A DNA stretch of 64,000 bases from Mantamonas sphyraenae STR306 (GCA_026936335.1 JAPMXV010000052.1:372001-436000), one strand, 5' to 3'; shown: positions 34,970 to 46,608, counted from the stretch's first letter. Made by a program: numbers and translations. The notes: a model not told the origin generated them from the letters alone.

Positions 34970-35974
34970 TCACAACACCTCCTCCGCTTCCACAAACGGC
35001 TTGATTCCATGTTCCCTTCGGATGGTCTCGATGTCCTGCTCCAGAATCTCCTCATAGTAAATGTTGAGCATGTTGGTGGCCTGTCGTCCCTGTGTGGCTG
35101 CCCATGGGATGACCTGGTGCATCAGCACACGCTGATGTTGCAGGTCCAAACGCAGAGGGCCAACCACCCCGGCCAGCAAACTCACGGGCAGCCCTGTCTG
35201 CATAAACTCTGCCCACTTGACCACCAGTTCACCCATCACCGTAGTCGGCTGCCCTACCAGCACGTGGTAAAAGTCGTGCACCTGCCGGAACCGTGTCATG
35301 ACGTACGCCAGCTCCTCATCATCCACAAGCATCACGGGCGTCCTGTCATCCGCTGAATATGTGTATCCATCCATGAATTCTGCGTAGCTGCGTCCCAGAC
35401 TGCCCTCTGGCAGTGCCAGCAGCTCCTGCCGATTCAGCGTGGCCTCGCTCACCAAAGGTCGCTCCGCAAGGATGCGTCTGCCCACCGTGTGTCCAGCCAT
35501 TGTTTGACGCATGCGCCGAAGTGCACCTGCCCCCGTTGTTTCACCCAGCATGGCCACCATGTCCGCCTTGCTCGGTTCCAACAGTGCCATCACAGCTGCT
35601 CCGGCTGCCATTGCTCCCTTTTCCATCACACTGCTCGGTACATGGCCCTTGTACAGGCTGCGCTTCGATGACAGCCCTGTCAAACGACCCAACGCCTCGT
35701 TCAGCTCCACGCCAAGTCCCAGCAGCTCCTCTCGTCGTCCCTGCAAAAGGGGCCGCAGCCACAATTTGGGCTTTGCAAGCTCCAGCAGCGTCCGCGGGCC
35801 TTTGGTCACCTCCTCGCTGGCCAAGTGTGTTTCTTCTATGTTCAATCCATGTGTCTGTGTCTGCATTGTCTCTACGGTGTTGCTGCTGCGACTCCCCAAC
35901 GCTGCACGCACTTGGCGAGCCACATGGCCACCCACAAGCCCCAGGCCACCCATCACTCCACGGATACTCTCCAT
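34970..35974 (-). CDS. COQ4: Ubiquinone biosynthesis protein COQ4
   Basis: ADMVAMLGETT, GRRILAERP, LPEGSLG, RFRQVHDFYHVL (HDxxH), GELVVKWAEFMQTGLP; start could be 36022 or 36055. Confidence 0.93.
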   Translation of the reverse strand: MESIRGVMGGLGLVGGHVARQVRAALGSRSSNTVETMQTQTHGLNIEETHLASEEVTKGPRTLLELAKPKLWLRPLLQGRREELLGLGVELNEALGRLTGLSSKRSLYKGHVPSSVMEKGAMAAGAAVMALLEPSKADMVAMLGETTGAGALRRMRQTMAGHTVGRRILAERPLVSEATLNRQELLALPEGSLGRSYAEFMDGYTYSADDRTPVMLVDDEELAYVMTRFRQVHDFYHVLVGQPTTVMGELVVKWAEFMQTGLPVSLLAGVVGPLRLDLQHQRVLMHQVIPWAATQGRQATNMLNIYYEEILEQDIETIRREHGIKPFVEAEEVL

Positions 35975-36058
35975 CCCCGTGTGCCGTGTCTCTTTCAGCA
36001 ATGGCGTCGTGCGGTGGAACATGGGAGGGAATTGGTTGGGTCGGCTGATTTTCATTTT

Positions 36059-38365
36059 TCACTCTTCCGCGTATGCATCGCTGCTGCCACCTCCACATCC
36101 ACCCGAGCACAACTTTGCGAAAAAGCCCAAGTCCTCCAGGTCCGGGTAGTGGTTTTCTGTCACTTCGTATCGGCTGTACCTGTGAGACCCGTCACAGAAC
36201 GGCTTGGTGCGCGACTGGCCGCAGCCACAGTAGAAAGACGACCCTTCAAAGTCGGCCTTGACAGTGATGGGATACAGTTTGCACGTGGACGACGACACAT
36301 TCAGCACGCGGTGCGACCCGTCACATTCCAGACCCTTGCGCGATTGCTGGCAGGTGCACAGCTGATGCACCACGCCATCCTCGCCTGCTTTGATCGTCTC
36401 TTTGGAATGCTGAAACGACACCGGCATGTGTGTGTACCTCTCCAGCGGCGACATTACCACCACGTCCATCGGCTTGCTCCAATCTTTGTTGCCAAACACG
36501 TTGCGGTGTGCCCTGACATCCACACGCAGCGCCATGCCGCACGGCTCAAACACACTCAGCGACAAACTCGGGTTTTTGTCGTGGTACCGATCGCAGAATG
36601 GCATCAACGACGACTTGCCACACGTGCAAAAGCACACCAGCCGTTTGGTCAAGAACGTCATCCGCAAGTACTCCTCTTCGCCCGTGCCACCTTCTCGTCG
36701 TCCCTGAGAACCCTCTCCTCTTGTTGACAGGTTGCTCGGGTTGCGTGAGGTCGACTTGCTGGACAGCATGCCACTGCGTGTCAGACCCTCCGAGGTGTCT
36801 TCGTCTCGTTGCTCGGCCCCTGCACGTCGCATGGTCTCTCCAGGCACCACAGACGTCTGGATGTACACTTGATTTGGCTTCACCTTCATAATGCCCGGTT
36901 CGCCCTGGCACTGCGAATCCACAATGCCATCCTCTCGCAGGCCGTCAAACAGGTCATGGTTCCTCCCTGCTCGGGACTTGCTCCATCGCGAACTCGTCAC
37001 ACTCCCTGTTCCATCGCGATCAAACGACAGCAACATGGCGTCGGCCACCGAATTGTTGTGGCTGCTAATCTGATTCACGTTGCTTCCGCTGGGCGAGCGG
37101 TCCCACACCCGTGGGCCTCGCAGGCCAATCACACGCGGTGGCTCGGACTTGCCCACCGTGCGCCCATGGAGTAAACTGCGCACGTGACGTTCGTCGTAGG
37201 CAAACTCATCGCTGTCTTCCGACTCCTTGTCCGCCCCGTCCGGGAACACAGACTCGTCAAAAAGGAAGCGCTGTGCATCTTCCAACGACGACCACATGTT
37301 GAACACATCGTGCAGCTCCTCTGCATAGTGTGGGCATGAAGATCGCGTGCACGGCGTCACGTCCTCAATGTCCTGATAGTCGGCCCCCATAGTACGCTGC
37401 TTGGAGCAGCGTGTAAACACACACGCCCCGCCATCTGCCAGCGAGCGATGGTCACTGTGTGAACTCGACGATGCAACTGCTCCCACTTGGCCATCTTCAT
37501 GCCACTTGCCTCCCCTGTCCTTGTCGTGTGCAAACGAAACTGCGCTCAGAGTCGACGTGGGCTCCCATTCATGGGCTTCGTACGCTCCACCCTCATCCTC
37601 GGTCGATTTCTCCACGCCCTCAATCCTCTCTTGCCGCCCGCTTTGCATCTCACTTGCCACGTGTCTCACACCACCCCTGTTCCACCTCTGCTGCATCCCT
37701 CCGCCATGTTGGTCGGCAGACGACGAACGCCACATGCCCCGCGAGAGGAGACGATTCCCGTCCGACGCAGACAACGACACTTGGCCGTTCCTAGCCCCGT
37801 CCACGTCGTTGCTTTGTCCGCCTTTGTCTTCTTCCTCGTACTCTACAATAATCGATGCTCCCGTGGGTTTGGACCGGCTGCCTGAAAGGCGCCCGTTACC
37901 AGCCCGTATCCCACTCTTGTCCCCGCTTTCTTCCGCTTCCATCCCAAACGGGTGTGCAGTGCCGCTCATCCGTGGCGACATGATGCTTCCGGATCCTTGG
38001 TCTCCACTGTCCCCTTCTCGTGGGTTCCCTCCATACGAGTCGTCGTCCTCGGGTTCGTCAACACGGGAAATTGACAACAAGTCTGCTCCCAACGGGGTAT
38101 CCGCTTCCCTACGTTCCCCCAATGCGTGCGACAACCTATCCGCCACCTCATTCGCATCCAAGCGCCCATTTGAATCCTCCCTTCCCTTTCCATGCCGCTC
38201 CGATCCCGATGCCGTGTGTACCCTTGCCCGCAAAGGTGTAACTGCCCGACTTGTCTTCCGGCTGTGCTCTCCTGAGCTATTGCCCGACCGCGATACGTTC
38301 ATGCTCCAGCTCTCCTCCAACCTGGTCCCCTCCATGACGGAGTCGCCGAGTCGGGACGTTTCCAT
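36059..38365 (-). CDS. Protein with a long disordered N-terminus and three C-terminal CDGSH-type [2Fe-2S] motifs
   Basis: CTCGKSSLMPFCDRYH, CTCQQSRKGLECDGSH and CGCGQSRTKPFCDGSH; start uncertain (38365 or 38428). Confidence 0.75.
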   Translation of the reverse strand: METSRLGDSVMEGTRLEESWSMNVSRSGNSSGEHSRKTSRAVTPLRARVHTASGSERHGKGREDSNGRLDANEVADRLSHALGERREADTPLGADLLSISRVDEPEDDDSYGGNPREGDSGDQGSGSIMSPRMSGTAHPFGMEAEESGDKSGIRAGNGRLSGSRSKPTGASIIVEYEEEDKGGQSNDVDGARNGQVSLSASDGNRLLSRGMWRSSSADQHGGGMQQRWNRGGVRHVASEMQSGRQERIEGVEKSTEDEGGAYEAHEWEPTSTLSAVSFAHDKDRGGKWHEDGQVGAVASSSSHSDHRSLADGGACVFTRCSKQRTMGADYQDIEDVTPCTRSSCPHYAEELHDVFNMWSSLEDAQRFLFDESVFPDGADKESEDSDEFAYDERHVRSLLHGRTVGKSEPPRVIGLRGPRVWDRSPSGSNVNQISSHNNSVADAMLLSFDRDGTGSVTSSRWSKSRAGRNHDLFDGLREDGIVDSQCQGEPGIMKVKPNQVYIQTSVVPGETMRRAGAEQRDEDTSEGLTRSGMLSSKSTSRNPSNLSTRGEGSQGRREGGTGEEEYLRMTFLTKRLVCFCTCGKSSLMPFCDRYHDKNPSLSLSVFEPCGMALRVDVRAHRNVFGNKDWSKPMDVVVMSPLERYTHMPVSFQHSKETIKAGEDGVVHQLCTCQQSRKGLECDGSHRVLNVSSSTCKLYPITVKADFEGSSFYCGCGQSRTKPFCDGSHRYSRYEVTENHYPDLEDLGFFAKLCSGGCGGGSSDAYAEE

Positions 38366-38426
38366 CGGTTTGGAGGGTTTTTGTTTGGTTCGTTGTTTGC
38401 GGCCGCGACGCAAACCCTGTGTTGCC

Positions 38427-40052
38427 ATGGTTCGTCCATCCGCCCTTTGTCTCATCTCCCTCCTTCCGCTGCCACCGCATTGGATTTTCGCGTGCACGAC
38501 AGCGGAGCCCGAGTGCTTCATGGGACACAGGGCGTGCTTGCGTGGATCAGCACACGTGTTGTCGCCGTCCCTTTTTCGCCTCCCGCTGTGGTATACCCAC
38601 ATGTACACTGACACACATTGGATGCCCTTGTTGCGTGTGTGTGTGTGTGTGTCCTGCTCAGTCCCTTCGCGAGTACTGCGACATCTGCGGTCCCTGCCGC
38701 AGTTTCTTCAACAACAACGACCCGGACAAGGTCTTTGCCTACAAAACGCTCAAGTTTGTCAGCATCCAGGACCGTCGCTTGGGCATTCTTCACTACTCCT
38801 TCCAGCTCCTCATTTTCTTCTATATCATTGGCATCGTTCTCATCTACAACCAGGGCTTCCTCAAGCGTACGTTCACTCGCCGCATGTTTCCGGCGTCCCG
38901 GCCCTCATGCCATCATCATACTTGCGCACCAGCTTCCGTTCATGTCACGTCTTGTTGCTGCCACGTATGACCTGCCCTGCATTGACACTGTCCCATCCCC
39001 ATGCCGCATCGCGCGTCGCAGGTGAATCGCCCATCGGTGCCATCCGCAGCTCCCTTTTGGCGCCGAAGCACCTGCCCAAGGCCGAAACACTGCCGTACTG
39101 TGACACAAACCCACAGGCCACAGCGTACCCGCAGCGCTGCCTGTACTACGACGAGGGCTTTGTGCAATACCCACCCATGCTGGACTCGTCGATGGTCATC
39201 GCCACCCGCATCACCACCACCAACGAGAGCAAGACCTGTCCCGACACAGAATGGGGCTGCAAGTTTACAAAGATTGAAAAGACACCCTTCTATCCCGTCG
39301 GCGTGGAGAAGTTCACCGTCATGCTTGACCACGCCGTGCGTACACGCACCCTCAAGCACGTCAGCGCAAACATGCGCAACATGACCGGAGGTCTCTACAG
39401 CAAGGATGGCAAGCTCATGGCGTTTTGCGACGACGCCAAGGACAACAAGTGCCGACTGGGCATCTTGCGTGGCGACATCTTTACCATTGACCAGATCCTC
39501 CAGGCCGCCGGGATCACGCTGGACGAGGTGTCCCAGAGTGCTGCGGGCTCCAGTACCAACCGATACGACGGCCTCGTGCTGATCATGTCCTTTGTGTACT
39601 CCAACATGGACAACGATCTGTTCAACTACACATCGATCAAGTACCGCTACGAGGTCGACTACGTGCGCGGAGCCGAGTTCAAGGCCGCCGAAACCATGTA
39701 TGTCAGCTATCCCAACGTACGCAAGGTGTTTGACCGCCACGGCATCCGCATTGTCTTTCTGATGAGCGGCGAGCTTGGTCAGCCGGACATTCAAACCTGC
39801 CTCCTGCAGCTCGTCTCCGGTCTGGCTCTTCTCTCTGTCGCCACTGCCATCGTCGACTTTCTTGCCCTCAAGCTCATGCCCGAGCGTGAGCACTACAAGG
39901 GCTACAAGTACGAGGAGACTGTCGACTTTTCCGATCTGCGCGAGGGTCTCCTTGGCGACGTCGCCAGCGACAGCGGACCCGAAGTCTACCGCCGCCCCAT
40001 CCTCGAAAAGTACCAACCGGACCGTCCCATGGATGGTGCGCGCAAGACATGA
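38427..40052 (+). CDS. P2X purinergic receptor-like ATP-gated channel
   Basis: YKTLK (YxTxK), TM1 RRLGILHYSFQLLIFFYII, ectodomain cysteines, RHGIRIVF, TM2 VSGLALLSVATAIVD and YKGYK (YxxxK). Exon 38662-38866, intron to 39021; the first ATG exon at 38427 is inferred. Confidence 0.88.
   Translation: MVRPSALCLISLLPLPPHWIFACTTAEPECFMGHRACLRGSAHVLSPSLFRLPLWYTHMYTDTHWMPLLRVCVCVSCSVPSRVLRHLRSLPQFLQQQRPGQGLCLQNAQVCQHPGPSLGHSSLLLPAPHFLLYHWHRSHLQPGLPQAYVHSPHVSGVPALMPSSYLRTSFRSCHVLLLPRMTCPALTLSHPHAASRVAGESPIGAIRSSLLAPKHLPKAETLPYCDTNPQATAYPQRCLYYDEGFVQYPPMLDSSMVIATRITTTNESKTCPDTEWGCKFTKIEKTPFYPVGVEKFTVMLDHAVRTRTLKHVSANMRNMTGGLYSKDGKLMAFCDDAKDNKCRLGILRGDIFTIDQILQAAGITLDEVSQSAAGSSTNRYDGLVLIMSFVYSNMDNDLFNYTSIKYRYEVDYVRGAEFKAAETMYVSYPNVRKVFDRHGIRIVFLMSGELGQPDIQTCLLQLVSGLALLSVATAIVDFLALKLMPEREHYKGYKYEETVDFSDLREGLLGDVASDSGPEVYRRPILEKYQPDRPMDGARKT
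38636..38652 (+). repeat. (TG)n microsatellite in the P2X first intron
   Basis: gtgtgtgtgtgtgtgtgt run just upstream of the acceptor. Confidence 0.7.
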
Positions 40053-40104
40053 GACAGATGCGTTGCGTGTTGCAAACCCTTGGCCAACACAACAATTGCC
40101 CGAA

Positions 40105-42604
40105 ATGGACCCTCTGCATTCCAAACGCGCCAAAGTAGAACCCCATTTGGATGAACGTGGTCAGGCAGCGTCGTCGTCATCGTCGATGGCAGCCAACTCT
40201 GTTCCAATTTCTCGTGAGGGGTCGTCGGAAATGCAGGTGGAACGCCACGGGGCGGGCACGGCACCGGAGGCCGAGCTGAAGCGTCTTCACAGGCTGCTGG
40301 TGGCAGGAAGTGACGATGCGGCGGTTGGTATGCTTGATCCGGTACCAGAGGTGGAGACGGAGGTGCAGGAAGCTGTGCTCGCACACTTGCGCAGCTGGAA
40401 AGCACTGCGCGAAGCCCAAGCACATCCAGAGTACGTGTCACAGGCGATGGCTCTGTTGGTTGTGGTTGAATACGAGGAGGAGAGTGGACGGATGTCGGCA
40501 CGGCTGCTGGACAGGGTGCTGGCGGCACATTTGCTGCAACGGAGTGGCGCGGCTTCTCTTGACCTGGTCCTGCAGGCCATGTGCTCGCTTCCATACGACG
40601 CTCAGTCGCAACCGTTTCACACGATGCTGCGGACAATGGAGACGAGTCCACGGCTGCTGGTGGCTGTGTTGACGGGTCTGGGAAGCCTGGCTGTGGAAAC
40701 CCACGACGCCGGGGCTGCTGGCGACACTGTGGTGGCTTGGTTGTCCGACTGTGTGCAGATTGCGCCGACGCGGCAATTGATTGGGTGGATCGAACGGTTG
40801 CAAGGCCAGCAGCCGCACGGGAGTGCGGTGTTGCAGCGCGTGGGAGAAAGTCATGCGCCTGCCCTGCAAGCTATGGGTGCGGCGTTGCTGGACCACTATG
40901 CCATGCATTCGTACGACAAGCCCCTGTGTCCTTCCCTCATTTATGATTATTTCTCCAGCGAGGCGTTTATGCACTCGCAGCAGCACGTGCACAGTGTGCT
41001 CTCTGCACACAAGCTGCACCCGCTTATCGACGCGGTCCTGGCCACCCAACCATCCTCGCATGAGTTTCTGTTTGACCATATCCTTCCTTCCGTGCTGAAC
41101 ATGTACTCTACCAACAACGCAGACATGGTGCAACAGGTTGTGGACGCCCTCTTCTCGCCCAGCGAATGGCCCGCCGTGTTGCAGCCACACACAGACATGG
41201 CATCGTTGCTGCGACTCATCGACACCCTCCACGGCGATGGGAAAAGCTCGGGTGTGCGACACGTGGCGGCACAACTGGACCCAAACGCACGACCTTCCCT
41301 CGTGGACCCTGCTGCGAACGCTCCTGTCGCACATCCCCATCCTCAGCCCAGACGACACCATGGCCACCATGGCCAAGGACATTGTGGAGAATTGGCTGCA
41401 GCACCGCGGGTTTGCAAACAACACCCAGCTGCTGGAAATGGGCCACTCTGTGTTTGTGGACGCCTGTACACACGCAAGCGTGCACGACGCTCCCACGCTG
41501 TGGTTGGAGCTGGTGTGCTGCTGGTTGCGTCGCATGTCACAGTCGCAACTGACGCTGATGGCCCGCTTCCTACGCAGCTGCGTCCATCCGCAGCTGTTTT
41601 CCATTGCCACCATGGCCAAACACGCCCCGACGTCCTTCCTCCTGCCCATGCTTCTCCTTCTCCTCGACCACATCCACGACGCCGGCGAAGAGTGTGCCGA
41701 GGAAGCCATGCTCCTCACCACGCTCATGCACGATGCTCAGATCGGCTCCACTACATTGGCCACCCTTCATCTGGACATGGCCACCGACGCCCTCATGGCC
41801 CTGCTCACCTCCTCCAGCAAGTTGTTGCTCCATCCGTTGCTTCGTACAGGCCTCTCCAACAACAACGATCTACTCTACCGTGCGTTGGACAGTGTGACGC
41901 CGCTGGTGCAGCACCAGGACTCGGCTGTGTCGGCTCTGGCACATCTCACCCTCACCGAGGTCTTGGATACCCTACAGGACTCCCCTGCCGTCCATCTCGA
42001 CGCTGTCATGTACACATACCGATTGATGCTTCTGCCTCTGGCTGTACTTACCGGAAACCAGCAAATCGACGTGGGCCTGCGTCTGGTCGAGGCTGCACAC
42101 CTGCTTGTTCAGCGTGCCACGGCCTTACACGACGCCTCCTCCTCTTCTTTGCCTTTGCCCATCCATCAGCATCTGGACACGCTGCAGCAGCTGCCACCGC
42201 AAGGGCTCACCAATGTGTTTGTGTGTGCTTCCATCATTCCTCTGGTGAACATGCTGGACGGGGTGGGTAGCGATGAGCACGTGGAACAAGTCCACGAGCT
42301 GGTCACCTCTCTCATGAACACGTCGCCGGCACAACATCACGGCTTCAAGAGTTTCCAGCATGCTGTGGCGACGCTGCGTCCACACCAGCTGCGTTTGCTC
42401 GTTGCCTTGGCCAGCAATACGCTCACGCAGCATATTGCTGCTGAACATACACCTTCTGTGCGACACGACCTAAACCACTCCTCCTCTGCCTCCATCCGTC
42501 GCCTAGCCGCAGCTGCGTTGTTGTTGATGGAGGAAGACGACAGCGAGGACGGCCAACACAGTGGCAAAGACGACGAGCACGACGATCCGCTCGATGTAGA
42601 GTAA
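40105..42604 (+). CDS. Unknown Leu-rich alpha-helical (ARM/HEAT-like) protein (apparent +1 frameshift at ~41230)
   Basis: Two overlapping ORFs with the same amphipathic-helix style join into ~830 aa; NLS-like KRAK at the start and an acidic tail. Confidence 0.6.
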
Positions 42605-42665
42605 TGGAGTGTACGCCAATGTCCATGGAGATTCATTGTGTGTGCACTGCTCGATGGTTTCCCTC

Positions 42666-44610
42666 TCAATCGGTTTTGCGTCCGATCAGTCCAAACTTTT
42701 CCGGTTGCAGCAGCTCTGCAATGATCGCATCGACCATGGTCTGCAGCTCCTTCTCGATTTCCTCGCGTTCGCCCGTGCCACTCAGTTCGACGTAGTATTT
42801 GATCTTGGGTTCGGTGCCGCTTGTGCGCAGGGTGGCCACGCAACCGTTGGCAAAGGTAAAGGTGATCATCTGCGCCGACGGGTCCACATACAGCTTGGTC
42901 TTGCCATCCTCCTCGGCCGTATCCACTCCGGTGGTCAAATCGCGCACGCTGGCAATGTCGTAGCCTCCCACAGACTGCGGATAATCTGCATTGTCTCCGC
43001 GGATCTCGGCAAAGATTGCCTTGACCGTCTCCGGCTCGTGGCAGACAAAATAAGAGTTGTTGGCCACAAAGGTGCCGTACTTGGCCTGCAGGTCTGCAAA
43101 AAGGCCGGCCATGTTCATCTTGCGTTCCGTGTACACATGGTTGGCCAACTCGGCAAACACAGCCACTGCGCTGATGCCGTCCTTGTCAAACACGTGGCTG
43201 CCCAGCATGAAGCCAATGGCCTCCTCGTAGGCAAAGAGCACGTCGTAGCCCTCTGCGATCAGTTCCTGGCTGCGGTTGCCCAGCCACTTGAACCCCGTGA
43301 GGGTGTCCTCGAAAAGGAAGCCCTCCTTGGCCGCCATGGCACCCAGCATCTTGGAGGAGACAGTGGAACACAGCATGGCTGCCTTTTTGTCGCCCGAATA
43401 GTTGTGCCACATCCAATACGCAAACATCATGCCGATTTCGTTGCCAGTAAAGACACGCCACACGCCGTCGTCCTGCTTCTCGGCCACAGCGAGGCGGTCC
43501 GAGTCTGGATCGTTGGCGAGCACAATGGGTGCGCCGGTGGCCTCCGCCTGTTGGATGGCCAGGTTGAGCACGCCCTTGCCCTCCTCCGGGTTGGGAAACT
43601 CGACGGTGGGGAACTCCGGGTCCGGGACCTTTTGCTCGTCCACACTGTGGAACGCGGGCAGACCAAACGCCTCAAAAGCTGCGTGTGGCCCAACGTTGGC
43701 CCACGCCGTGGACAGGCGTAAACACAAATCGCAAAGCGGAGTCCGGGTTGCTTTCGGCAGTGTGGCAAAGCGATGTCACGTTGGCAAAGTAGGAATCGGG
43801 TGTGCTCTCGGAGATGTCCTGCAGCTGGTCGCCGTACTGCTCCTTCAGCTCGTCCCAGCTGGTGCTGTACTCTTGCCACGGCACCAGGTTCTTCATGATG
43901 CTGTCCTGGATGTTTGCGTCGTTCGGCGGAATGATCTGCGAGCCGTTCGACCAGTACAGCTTGTAGCCGTTGTCCTGCTTGGGGTTGTGCGATGCGGTGA
44001 CCATGACGCCAGCGGCGGCGCCCAGCTGGTTGATGGCGTACGGCTGGGTGGCGGCGGGAGTGTGAGGGCACGGGGAAGGGGGGAAAGCAGCGCTTGGAAG
44101 ACTGTGGAAGGGACGAGAGGGACGGGACTGCGGCAACGCAGTTTGGGGCGGCTGCATAGGCCACAGGCGTCGCAGTGCGTGCTGTCAACTCACCACAAAC
44201 GGCGTGGCACTGAAAATGTTGTAAAGGACGTAAACACGAAAGCCTCGGGAGAGCATAACGTGGGCGGCGACGAGGGCAAAGTCGACGGAGTTGTGTCGTG
44301 CATCGTAGCCCAGCACAAAGCCGCGTTCCTGCGGTGTCTTGCCATCCTGGTCACCTTGGGCCTCCAGATACTTGGCCAGTCCCTGGGTGGTCTGCAGCAC
44401 AGTGAGGATGTTCATGTTGGCAAAGCCAGCCCCCATGCGAGAGCGCAGGCCGGCTGTGCCAAACTTGATGCGCTTGAGCATGATGGCCTCCAGGGTGGCT
44501 GTGTCGCCGGCATCAATCAGAGATTGGACCTCTGCACGTGTGGTTTCGTTGGGGTCCCACTCCATCCACTGTTGGACTGAGGCATTCACGAGTTCGTTCA
44601 CAACAGACAT
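42666..44610 (-). CDS. PGM2: Phosphoglucomutase-2/phosphopentomutase (apparent +1 frameshift at ~43685)
   Basis: FGTAGLR, GYDARHNS, VTASHNPKQDNGYK, FPTVEFPNPEE, ANDPDSDR, YEEAIG and RTSGTEPKIK; intron 44193-44044. Confidence 0.93.
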
Positions 44611-44779
44611 CGTTGCGTTGTGTTGCCGGACGTGCCATCCCCGAATCCCGAAACTGTTCCCCGAACTGGGTGCTGGTGGTAGTGTGAGTGGTGTGAGTGC
44701 AGACCAGAGACCAGGAGGGGGTTTTGGGGAAACAAAGGGGTGTGCGTGGTCGACGGCAGCCTCAACCAAACAAGTCGCG

Positions 44780-46608
44780 ATGATTCGGCGGGGAGGCAAC
44801 AGCAAGTCCGCATCGTGCCTGTCCAAGTACTGGCTTGTGGGGCTTGGGGGCATTGTAGCACTGTTGTTCCTTTGGAACCTGGTAATGTACTCGGACCAGC
44901 TGTGCGAACAGCGGGTTGAAGATGCGAAAAAGAAAGGCCGCGAGGATATGGCGGGAGTGGTCAAGGAGCTGCAACTGGGCCACAGGCGAGAGGCACACCT
45001 TGTGAAGACATTGAACAAACGCAACGCAGTGATCAAACAACTCCAACAGAGGCTTCTGGACGCCACCGGGAGTTCGGGGCCAGGCATTGAAGAGGACGAC
45101 CACTCCGTTCCCACGTCATCCTCGCCCATGAACAACAAAGACGGGGCACACGAACACGTGGCGGACACGGCAATGCCCACTCCGACGCCGCAGGCAATCC
45201 AAACGAACGCACCTGCGCCCGGAACCCCGAAGGTGGGCGTTGTTGTCATAGCGCACATTCGGGTCGAATACCTGAAGCGTTGCCTGGCGAGCATCAAAGC
45301 GTAAGTGGCTCCACACAACACACAGGCACGCCTACTTGTGGGCGCACTTGGCATGCTTCTCACAATGGTCTGTGGGAGAATGTGTTGGGGACTGGCCACT
45401 GACACACAGGCGACAATCGCTCAGTCGTATGCCCGCCGACCTGAACCTGCCTGTGTACGTTTCGCAGGACGGCACCTCGCAGAACTGGAGCCACGAGCTG
45501 GAGGCACTGGTCAAGAGCACAGACGGGGTGCAACACATCAAGGTATGATGGTTGAAGGCCATGTACAACAGGCGAGAGGAGCGGACGATGCCTGGAAAGG
45601 TCCACCAGCAAGCAAGCACACACTCACACGATCTTCCACACACAGCACCTGAACGACAAGCCGCTGAACCCTGCACCGGGAGAACAAGCGAGCTACTACG
45701 CCATTGCTCGCCACTACGGCTTTGCTTTGAACAAGATGTTCAACGAGTATGGCTTTGATGCGGTGATTATTTTGGAAGGTGAGCGGGGTGGAGGTGGTTG
45801 GAGGAAGAGAGAGAGAAGGATGAGAGAGAGGGAGGGATGGTGGGGACCAAGCAGCGAGGAGGTTTGGTGGGCTCTGACACACTGACGGCGGTGGACGACA
45901 ACCACAGAGGACCTGGAGGTGGCGCCGGATCTGTTTGACTACTTCATGGCGACGCTGCCGTTGCTTCAGAAGGAAGAGAAGCTGTGGTGTGTGAGCGCAT
46001 GGAACGACAATGGGATGGAGGCAAACGTGAAGGATCCGCGTGCGTTGTACAGGGCCGACTTTTTCCCTGGCCTGGGCTGGATGCTGGACAAGAAGCTGTG
46101 GGCGGAATTGGGACCAAAGTGGGCGCGTGGCTACTGGGACGATTGGATGCGGGAGCCTCAGCAGCGACGTGGGCGCCAATGCCTGCGGCCTGAGATTTCG
46201 CGCACCTTTACGTTTGGGGCACAGGGGGTGTCTGCAGGCCAGTTCTTCCAGTCACACCTGCAACACATCAAGCTCAACGACCAGCCAGTGCCCTTCCGTA
46301 CCATGGACCTCTCGTACCTGGAGGAGGCCAAGTATGACGCGCAATTGGAGGCGCGTCTGGCTCAGGCAACAAAGGTGGACTCGGCAGCACAGCTGAGTTC
46401 CCACGCAGCCTCCAGTGGGAGTGCTGCTGGAGAGTACGTGGTCTACTACGACGCCAAGCATGTGCTCTCGCGACACCTGACCGAATTCAGTTTGATGGAC
46501 GACGCCAAGGCCGGTGTGCCCCGCACCGCCTACAAGGGCATCGTGTCCTTCCGTCATCAGGGCCAAATGGTACATTTGGTGCCCCAGCCAAACAACTTTC
46601 TGTATTGA
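44780..46608 (+). CDS. MGAT1: Alpha-1,3-mannosyl-glycoprotein beta-1,2-N-acetylglucosaminyltransferase (GnT-I, GT13)
   Basis: Type II TM plus coiled-coil stem; VSQDG, YYAIARHY, CVSAWNDNG, YRADFFPGLGW, WDDWMR, RPEISRT and GVPRTAYKG; introns 45301-45424, 45543-45645, 45779-45907. Confidence 0.92.

Noticed and set aside
37401-40052. 883-aa ORF appearing to give P2X a long N-terminus
   Set aside because: Its 5' half is antisense to the CDGSH gene and intronic; the true P2X TM1 exon is in another frame (38662-38866).
43670-43700. Euplotes-type +1 frameshift signal (TTT TGA near the PGM2 shift)
   Set aside because: The other five shift sites have no adjacent stop codon or shared slippery codon, so there is no common programmed signal.
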